Below are positions 24,122 through 32,856 of a DNA stretch of 32,856 bases, piece after piece (within the stretch, counting starts at the first letter, position 1; every line of letters starts with the position of its first letter). The position numbers and the translations under genes are program-made. The notes under the pieces are model-generated. The model was not told the origin of the DNA. It saw only the letters and a program-made list of their open reading frames with translations, and did no database searches. Source of the stretch: Octopus bimaculoides (lineage: Eukaryota); contig NC_068984.1 of assembly GCF_001194135.2 (NCBI RefSeq), positions 45,931,038 through 45,963,893 on the forward strand, read 5' to 3'.

Positions 24122-24385
24122 CATACATGTGTGTGTGTGCATGCATGTGTGTGTGTGTATATATATATCTGCGTGGGCGCCTGTGTCTCTTGGTCTGTCC
24201 CCCTATACTGCTTGACAAACGGTGGTGGTGTGCTTACTTTCCCATTACCTAGCAGCTCGGGAAAAAGAGACAGACAGAGCACGTACCAGGTTTTTAAAAG
24301 ATACATTCGATACATTCGAATAAAATTTCAGGGCGGTGCCCAAGCATGGTGGCAGTCAAATGACTGAAACGAGTAAACGATAAAA
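24003..24385 (+). mobile_element. Bipartite SINE with internal (TA)/(TG) microsatellite (head truncated)
   Basis: GTGGATTTGGTAGACGGAAACTGAAAGAAGCCTGTCG matches the reverse complement of 31242-31280. After a microsatellite, the 3' half matches 31090-31190 and 24900-25095 on the opposite strand. Confidence 0.8.
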
Positions 24386-24392
24386 GATAATA

Positions 24393-24426
<34 letters not shown>

Positions 24427-24820
24427 GTTCAGTAGTTTTATTTTTATAACGTGCTTTCACTTCACTACCGAGCGCAGCCCTGTGCGCCTTGGGTATGTGC
24501 TGTGGTTTGCTGTGATGCTCTTATGGTTACTGTATTGAAAGTGTTTTGCGTAGAATGTGTGCAGTGCCCAGTAGTGCAATTTTCTGTATGTTATATATAT
24601 TTGTAAGTCCTGGTGTTTTTGTTATGTATTTGTCTGAATATTTTTTTATCATACCTAAGGCACCTACTATGATAGGAATTGTTTCTGTTTTTAGATTCCA
24701 CATTCGAGTTACCTCTATTTGCAGGTCTATGTATTTTGAAAGTTTTTCCATTTCTTTTAGGGAAACGTTGTCATCTGCTGGTATAGATACATCAATTAGA
24801 AAGCATTTTTTTTCTCTTTT
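24427..24820 (-). mobile_element. 5'-truncated R4/Dong-like LINE (RLE C-terminus plus 3' UTR) in a (TAA)n array
   Basis: KKCFLIDVSIPADDNVSLKEMEKLSKYIDLQIEVTRMWNLKTETIPIIVGALG...GTAHILRKTLSIQ*, a 100-bp 3' UTR, and (TTA)n on both sides (24393-24426 and ~24825-24855). Confidence 0.93.
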
Positions 24821-24899
24821 CTTTTTATTATTATTAATATTAGTATTATTATTATATGTGTGTATATATACATATATATATATTATATATTTACATATT

Positions 24900-25095
24900 C
24901 TTTTACTCTTTTACCTGTTTCAGTCAACTAACTGCAGCCATACTGGAGCACCACCTTCAGTCAAACAAATCGACCCCAAACCCACTGTCTGCAAGTCCAT
25001 CGGAATCTCCATCCAAACCGCCAAGTTTCGGAGACAGAAACACACCAACATCGATTGCCAAGCGACGATGGGGGGCAATCATAGACACACAAATA
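24900..25095 (-). mobile_element. 3' half of the bipartite SINE, inverted relative to 24003-24385
   Basis: CTGTTTCAGTCAACTAACTGCAGCCATACTGGAGCACCACC is the reverse complement counterpart of GGCGGTGCCCAAGCATGGTGGCAGTCAAATGACTGAAAC (24332-24370). Confidence 0.75.
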
Positions 25096-25106
25096 CATAC
25101 ATACAT

Positions 25107-25175
<69 letters not shown>

Positions 25176-25704
25176 CATATATACACATATATACATACAT
25201 AAGAGAGAGGGAGAGAGGGAGACATACACACAGTGGGAAGGAGAGTGAGAAAGCAGATATATAGAGAAATAGGTGTGTGTCTATCTATATATATAGAGAG
25301 ATATGGTTGCGTTTACATGGTTGATGTTGTTAATGACAAATTGTGCAACTGTTAAAATAGGAAAGTTAATATAATAACTAGATTAGTAAATTACTGGCGC
25401 GTTAAGAGAACTTTTCTACGGTTCTATTGTGTACTATTGATTCTAACAAACATTGTAAGTCATACAGCGTTGGAAACACCTTGTGTTCCAATAAAATACA
25501 GAGTTATCTGTGCTTATTTTAAAGCTACAATTTACTGTTTTATGAGTCAGCCTGTTGCGTGATATGTTGTGTGATACAGAAGCTGAGTCTAGTGTGGCTG
25601 AATCTCCATGCTTGGGTCCTTAGTTCGTAGATAGAATCTTGTTAACATTCTCTGACAATTCATGAGTTCACAAAAGTTATTGGCATTTCTAGAATGAAGT
25701 ACAT

Positions 25705-26030
25705 TATATAGAAATCACTAAATTTTAATTCATTGAGGTTATTCTATAAGTTACTAAACTGCGAGTCATTGATGTTATTAAATTGAAATTCGCTAAGGCT
25801 ACTAGAATGGGATTCACTAAGGTTACTAAATTACAATTCTCTAAGGACACTATATCACAATTTACTGATGATATTGCACACATAAAGTCACTGAAGCTGC
25901 TGAACTACAATGAAATGAAATGACTTAATTACAATTCATTGAATATACTAAATTTTAATTTATAGTGGCTGCTTAATTGAAATTTACTGATATCACTTAA
26001 TTACAATTTTCTGGAGTTGTTAATTATAAT
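25705..26030. repeat. Degenerate 24-bp minisatellite, ~13 units (consensus ~TTCACTAAGGTTACTAAATTACAA)
   Basis: Exact 24-nt phasing at 25765, 25789, 25813 and 25837, with further decayed units to ~26030. Confidence 0.75.
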
Positions 26031-26058
26031 TAAACTCGTATGATATATTTTAATTCAC

Positions 26059-26172
<114 letters not shown>

Positions 26173-26281
26173 AGTTTGTCTGCCTGTATGCATGTACACA
26201 CTGTAAAACAATTCGCCAATGCCGCCTAACTGCTTCAGTCCATGTCTGCAAATATGTGTGTATGTGTGCATGCATACATAC

Positions 26282-26319
<38 letters not shown>

Positions 26320-27399
26320 TTATGTATACTTGTACACACACACATACACACACATATATATGTATATATCTATATATAATAATCACCCATGTGTTCCTAC
26401 TGATGAGTAGAGCGACCCTACAACTAATGCCACTACATGTAAAGCATCACCACTTATATACAACGTACATGTTTATACTAAAATAAGGTCTATAATGCCA
26501 TGCTAGACTGTATGTTTATACTTCTAACATTCTTTGGGACAGTTACCCAAGAAATGATGCTGCTTTTAGCATTGCATTTACGTCAAAATCCTGCTTTACG
26601 TATGGGACATAGTTGAGAGTTATAACACTGAATATTCTGTTTAGACGTCATTGCTTTCATGTAATTCGAGCAGATTCGTTATCTGATTATCTGTTGCTGG
26701 ATGTGAGGAGGAGTTAATCCGAAAGAGGATTAATTTGAAGCTGTCCTTGGTGATGCATGGTTGATTTGTTTTTGTTTTTTAAATGTTAAGAGTCTATATA
26801 TTTCTCCTTATCTGTAACTCTGCTTCTCCGTGTTACTAACACACAACAATTATCATTAAAACAACATGCCGTATCTTTCTGCACAACCTCCGACTGCAAA
26901 CAGGTCGTTTTAAAGCTCATCCTAATTCAAATGACTTTTATTTTATTAGTTCCAATAGCGTATAGAGTAACATAACTGATAAAGCTACTCCTTTAAGCCC
27001 GCCTTAATAAAGAGATGGAGGTCATACAAATTAACGTATTTCTAGATATATGACTCTTTCGGATTTATAGGCTCATGAAACCGGTGGCCATCAGGATTTT
27101 CAAGAAGTTTAAATCTGAGAAAATAGAAAATAATAAGTTCAGTCGTGAGCTGGGTCATTTTCTAAATACTGGAATAACGTGGAATGAAGGATATCGCTCA
27201 AGGACACGATTTTCCAGCTAGTCTGCGAATCGAAAATGCGGTCTCAACAATCATGTGTCGAGCAGGATAACTACATAGTCACGAGTGTTCATAGTTCTAC
27301 AAATAGTATTTCTCAAACATAAAGTACGGTATAGTCATGTTTGGAAAATCTTTGACCATAAGCGTCTTTAAAGATGCTTTAACCAGGAATTAAAAAAAA

Positions 27400-27657
27400 G
27401 CCGTCGTCGTCGTCATCATCATTATCATCACCATCGTCATCACCATCATCATCATCGTCGTCGTCATCGTCGTCGTCGTCGTCGTCGTAGTCGTCCATGT
27501 CGCCGTTGGTATTGTCCTCGTCATTGGTGTCGGCCTCATCGTAGTTGTCGTCGTCGTCGTCGTCATCATCATCAACACCATCAACAGCATCATCATTAGC
27601 GGCAGCAGCAGTAGTAGTAGCAGCAGGAGCAGCAACAATAATAACAGCAACAACAAA
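27400..27657. repeat. Compound trinucleotide microsatellite (GTC/ATC/AGC/AAC)n
   Basis: Directly visible; source of the poly-Asp and poly-Ser/Ala ORFs. Confidence 0.92.
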
Positions 27658-29054
27658 TATACAGTGGCTGCCTTCCACAAATTCTGCTTTAAATACTTCT
27701 TGCAATCCTTTACTCCCCATAAGAATAAAACTTTGGAGCTCCCTCAGTGTTCATATTTCCTCTGTAGACACCAAGCTGTGCGATACGCTGAATATTAAAA
27801 TGAAGCACGTTGACCCCACCTAGGTTCAGAGAAATAACGAAGGCTGTGAGTACTGTTCTCACGTTTTCTAGGATATTCAATAATAGAAAACGTTTTCTTA
27901 TCTCCTGAGATGTAGATGAAGTCTTCATAGCTTCTCAAAGAAAAGCCATTATCAATACTATTCTAGTTCAATAGAAGCAAAAAAAAAAAAAAAAAAAANN
28001 NNNNNNNNNNNNNNNNNNNNNNNNNNNNNNNNNNNNNNNNNNNNNNNNNNNNNNNNNNNNNNNNNNNNNNNNNNNNNNNNNNNNNNNNNNNNNNNNNNNN
28101 NNNNNNNNNNNNNNNNNNNNNNNNNNNNNNNNNNNNNNNNNNNNNNNNNNNNNNNNNNNNNNNNNNNNNNNNNNNNNNNNNNNNNNNNNNNNNNNNNNNN
28201 NNNNNNNNNNNNNNNNNNNNNNNNNNNNNNNNNNNNNNNNNNNNNNNNNNNNNNNNNNNNNNNNNNNNNNNNNNNNNNNNNNNNNNNNNNNNNNNNNNNN
28301 NNNNNNNNNNNNNNNNNNNNNNNNNNNNNNNNNNNNNNNNNNNNNNNNNNNNNNNNNNNNNNNNNNNNNNNNNNNNNNNNNNNNNNNNNNNNNNNNNNNN
28401 NNNNNNNNNNNNNNNNNNNNNNNNNNNNNNNNNNNNNNNNNNNNNNNNNNNNNNNNNNNNNNNNNNNNNNNNNNNNNNNNNTATATATATATATATATAT
28501 ATATGCATACATATATTCAAAGTATTTGCCGATCCATGCGACCATACATATATGCATGCACCCATATATATTTCTGTTTGCATGCAGAAGCTCTTACACA
28601 CCCACACTCACACCTGCATAGTCAAAGTACATAGACATATGTATGAATAACATAATAATTCTAGCGTTATGTGTAATTGACGTGGATAAAAATAAAACTA
28701 AACATTAGGAAAAAAATATATATTGAAACAACCCCCCACGAACTTGAACAAAAAACATGAAGCAGAACAAACACCAGAACAAAGAAAAGAGTAATATATT
28801 ACAAATGAACTATATTCCTATTATACAAATATTCGTTTCTATAATGACCTATTCAGAAATGAAATCGTATTCGTTTAAAAACACGCATACGCACAAGCAC
28901 GCACGCGCATATACGAGTACACACATACACACTCAGACATACACACGTACGTGCACGTAAACACATACGTACACAGAAGCATATGTATGCATATTTGTTC
29001 ACATATACACACATCTATATATGTATATGTATATATACATATATATATGTATTC

Positions 29055-29086
<32 letters not shown>

Positions 29087-29663
29087 NNNNNNNNNNNNNN
29101 NNNNNNNNNNNNNNNNNNNNNNNNNNNNNNNNNNNNNNNNNNNNNNNNNNNNNNNNNNNNNNNNNNNNNNNNNNNNNNNNNNNNNNNNNNNNNNNNNNNN
29201 NNNNNNNNNNNNNNNNNNNNNNNNNNNNNNNNNNNNNNNNNNNNNNNNNNNNNNNNNNNNNNNNNNNNNNNNNNNNNNNNNNNNNNNNNNNNNNNNNNNN
29301 NNNNNNNNNNNNNNNNNNNNNNNNNNNNNNNNNNNNNNNNNNNNNNNNNNNNNNNNNNNNNNNNNNNNNNNNNNNNNNNNNNNNNNNNNNNNNNNNNNNN
29401 NNNNNNNNNNNNNNNNNNNNNNNNNNNNNNNNNNNNNNNNNNNNNNNNNNNNNNNNNNNNNNNNNNNNNNNNNNNNNNNNNNNNNNNNNNNNNNNNNNNN
29501 NNNNNNNNNNNNNNNNNNNNNNNNNNNNNNNNNNNNNNNNNNNNNNNNNNNNNNNNNNNNNNNNNNNNNNNNNNNNNNNNNNNNNNNNNNNNNNNNNNNN
29601 NNNNNNNNNNNNNNNNNNNNNNNNNNNNNNNNNNNNNNNNNNNNNNNNNNNNNNNNNNNNNNN

Positions 29664-29694
<31 letters not shown>

Positions 29695-31087
29695 GTGTCT
29701 GTGTGCGTGTATGTGTGTGTGTACTTATTTAGTTTAGCTTTTTCAATCTCAAGCATCCTTGTGGAATTCAGCTATATCGTACTGCAACTTTTCTACCTTC
29801 ACTCTCTATTTTAAAGAACTACAGTATATATAACGTTGTAAATACATTATATTTGATCAACAAGAATGATTTGTTTTCTTTCATCCGAATTTATTTCATT
29901 TATCTTTAGAAATATTTCTCCGTCAAGTCTTCCAGCTCTTTTGCATGTCTGTCCACACACACACAGACACTACCACACGCGTGTGCGCGTGCACAAACAA
30001 ATACACACACAAGCATACACACACACACACATACGCATACACACGCACATATATGTATGTATGTATATATACACGCATATAATCTCACCGACAGATTCTT
30101 CCTCCCAGTCTTTGACATACACTTATCCCAAAATACACATATAGCTTATATACGTACATTTATATATATATATATATATATNNNNNNNNNNNNNNNNNNN
30201 NNNNNNNNNNNNNNNNNNNNNNNNNNNNNNNNNNNNNNNNNNNNNNNNNNNNNNNNNNNNNNNNNNNNNNNNNNNNNNNNNNNNNNNNNNNNNNNNNNNN
30301 NNNNNNNNNNNNNNNNNNNNNNNNNNNNNNNNNNNNNNNNNNNNNNNNNNNNNNNNNNNNNNNNNNNNNNNNNNNNNNNNNNNNNNNNNNNNNNNNNNNN
30401 NNNNNNNNNNNNNNNNNNNNNNNNNNNNNNNNNNNNNNNNNNNNNNNNNNNNNNNNNNNNNNNNNNNNNNNNNNNNNNNNNNNNNNNNNNNNNNNNNNNN
30501 NNNNNNNNNNNNNNNNNNNNNNNNNNNNNNNNNNNNNNNNNNNNNNNNNNNNNNNNNNNNNNNNNNNNNNNNNNNNNNNNNNNNNNNNNNNNNNNNNNNN
30601 NNNNNNNNNNNNNNNNNNNNNNNNNNNNNNNNNNNNNNNNNNNNNNNNNNNNNNNNNNNNNNNNNNNNNNNNNNNNNNNNNNNNNNNNNNNNNNNNNNNN
30701 NNNNNNNNNNNNNNNNNNNNNNNNNNNNNNNNNNNNNNNNNNTATATATATATATATATATATATATATGTAATCTTGTACCATTGCTTCCTCTGTCATG
30801 TTTAACGGTATACTCCTATCATTATTGTATTTTTCGATCTGTCTGCCTGCCTGCCTGCCTCCATGCCTGTCTGTCTGTATGGCTGTCTGCTTTTCTGTCT
30901 GTCTGCTTTTCTGTCTGTCTGCTTTTCTGTCTGTCTGTCTCTCTGTCTATTTATCTATCCGCATGTCTTTCTGTCTGTCTGTACACACTCACACACGCAC
31001 ACAAATACATATATATATATATATATACATACATATGTATACATACACATACACAAACGTGTGCATTTGTATGCGTTTCCTCTTTGT

Positions 31088-31380
31088 AAACCTAGCTCTT
31101 ATTCTATCACTGTTATTTGCCGAACCGCTAAGTTTCAGGGACGTAAACACACCAACTTCGGTTGTCAAATGATGGTGGGGAGACAAACATAGACACACAA
31201 ACACGCATACACACACACATATACATATATATTTATATATACGACGGGCTTCTTTCAGTTTTTCGTCTACTAAATCCACTCACATGACTTCGGTCGGCCC
31301 GAGGCTATACGAGATGAAACTTGCCGAACCCAGAACTATGTTGTTGGGACGCATGCTTCTTATCACACAGCCACGCCTGT
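31088..31380 (-). mobile_element. Bipartite tRNA-derived SINE with head and internal microsatellite
   Basis: The minus-strand head AGGCGTGGCTGTGTGATAAGAAGC...GGTTC has A/B-box-like motifs. The body matches 24003-24385. A (CA/TA) tract at ~31195-31241 splits the two halves. Confidence 0.8.
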
Positions 31381-32361
31381 ATATATATGTACATATATAT
31401 TTGTTGACTTATGTCCTTCTCTCTGTCTCTTTGTCTCTATATCTTTCCTTCAATTCGTTACTACTTCTTTTCAGAGTGTGAATTCTTTGTTTCGTTTTGT
31501 TCTCCTTTTCCTTTTCTTTCTCTTTGTTTCTTTATCTTTGTTTTTTTTTCTTTTTGTATTCTGTTACCCTTTATACTCTACTTATGATGTGAAATTTTCT
31601 TTCAGTATTTAGATTACATGATATGAACCTACGAAGCAACAGCAGGAATAGTTGCAACCACTATTACCAACAACAACGACGACGGCGACAACAACAACAA
31701 TAACAACAGGAAAAACAACAACAATCACATGAAATCAACGGCAATAGTTTCTGTCACTAGAATTGACATCAAAATTAGAATCAAAATCACTTGCATCAAC
31801 TTGGAATAGTAACTAGGTCTTCCTTAAAGAATATCGTACTATTTTATAGGAGGGATTCGTTGGATAAGGTAGCTCTGGGATTCCTACCCATATGAGAAAA
31901 TCACGTTTGCCATGGTTTAGTTTTGATCATGTGTGGCTCATAAGAGTTGACAAGGTCCAAACAGCAGCAGCAACAACAACATCCACAGCAACAACAACCA
32001 CAACAACAACAACAACAACATCACAAGATCATTATGAATATCACTGAGCCAACGAAAATGAAGTTCGGCATGGTGACAATAGTAGGAATAGTAGTGAAAT
32101 CTTTATGAAACTTCATGATACTATCTTCGAAATCGGAGGTCTTGTTTAGAACATTTTAGATTACAGGCATGGAAAAAGGGTGAGATAATTACGGATGGAA
32201 ATTTTTGACCATAATACTACTGAGTTATTTTTAAGGCTTTTGTGTTGTTATTTTACCTCAAATTTTTTTAACCAAAGTAAGAAACAAAGGAATAAAAGAA
32301 ACTAAATAGAGCAAAGCATTTTCATTGACAATCTATCAATTCTGATGTGCATTATCTTCAC

Positions 32362-32426
<65 letters not shown>

Positions 32427-32432
<6 letters not shown>

Positions 32433-32536
32433 AGTAAACATAAGAGCACCACAGCAAACCACAGCACATACCCAAGGCGCACAGAGCTGCGCTCGGTAGT
32501 GAAGTGAAAGCACGTTATAAAAATAAAACTACTGAA
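32427..32536 (+). mobile_element. Extremely 5'-truncated (~110 bp) copy of the Dong-like 3' UTR in (AAT)n
   Basis: Matches the reverse complement of 24428-24536 with 3 substitutions by hand alignment. Perfect (AAT)n lies on both sides. Confidence 0.95.
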
Positions 32537-32574
32537 TAATAATAATAATAATAAAATTGAAAGTAATAATAATA

Positions 32575-32755
32575 ATACTATTGGAAGTTATAATGAAGAT
32601 TGCCACAATTGGCCTAAACACCTATCGGAAAAACTCTGATGACTGGATGTTAAAACTTATCTTAAAGCTCGAAAACAAGAAAACATCATACTCAGTAACA
32701 AAACAAAGAAATATTTAAGTGAATTCCAAATACTACAAATCGCAGAATTAGACGT
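32575..32755 (+). mobile_element. Internal fragment of an R4/Dong-like LINE (post-RT region)
   Basis: MKIATIGLNTYRKNSDDWMLKLILKLENKKTSYSV is homologous to YKTTTIGLAKYLDSTNDWMLKLVEKHERPKKLHSI encoded at ~22430-22535 (minus). It is flanked by (AAT)n and (GAT)n/(AAT)n. Confidence 0.75.
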
Positions 32756-32790
32756 ACTGGATGATGATGATGATGATGATTATGATGATG

Positions 32791-32856
<66 letters not shown>

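Larger units (their letters stand above)
32360..32856. repeat. (AAT)n/(GAT)n microsatellite array hosting two LINE fragments
   Basis: Directly visible at 32360-32430, 32537-32578 and 32760-32856. Confidence 0.95.

Noticed and set aside
27965-27998. Poly-A as the end of a processed pseudogene
   Set aside because: It abuts a gap, has no nearby AATAAA and no convincing upstream ORF. 27700-27790 only faintly resembles a CR1/L2 C-terminus.
32636-32680. CTGATGA followed later by GAAA
   Set aside because: It lies in the LINE coding frame (SDDW) and has no stem II. The CTGATGA at ~25865 is part of the minisatellite.

Overview
AT-rich eukaryotic draft-assembly sequence: 11 N-gaps totalling about 4.4 kb, very dense microsatellites. 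The repeat families look like those of a coleoid cephalopod such as octopus; that is inference from pattern recognition, not a search result. I cannot support an intact host gene, RNA gene, CRISPR array or prokaryotic system. Almost all ORFs in the track are microsatellite or N-gap artefacts. The real content is decayed retroelements. (1) An R4/Dong-like RLE LINE group sitting in (TAA)n arrays: 21325-22879, 24427-24820, 32427-32536 and 32575-32755. (2) A second RLE LINE family sitting in (CA)n/(TACA)n: 212-650 and two tandem copies at 17651-18648. (3) Penelope-like elements (2858-3230; 9770-11680, with unusually long Asn/Ser-rich linkers) and a decayed hammerhead-ribozyme motif at 18676-18725. 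(4) Several tRNA-derived SINE families, one with a clean 14-bp target-site duplication. (5) A 340-bp foldback and two minisatellites. The most notable observations are the family-specific microsatellite targeting, the nested stack at 17.6-18.8 kb, the foldback and the hammerhead motifs. Three weak host-exon candidates are flagged as speculation. No new biological system is established from sequence alone.
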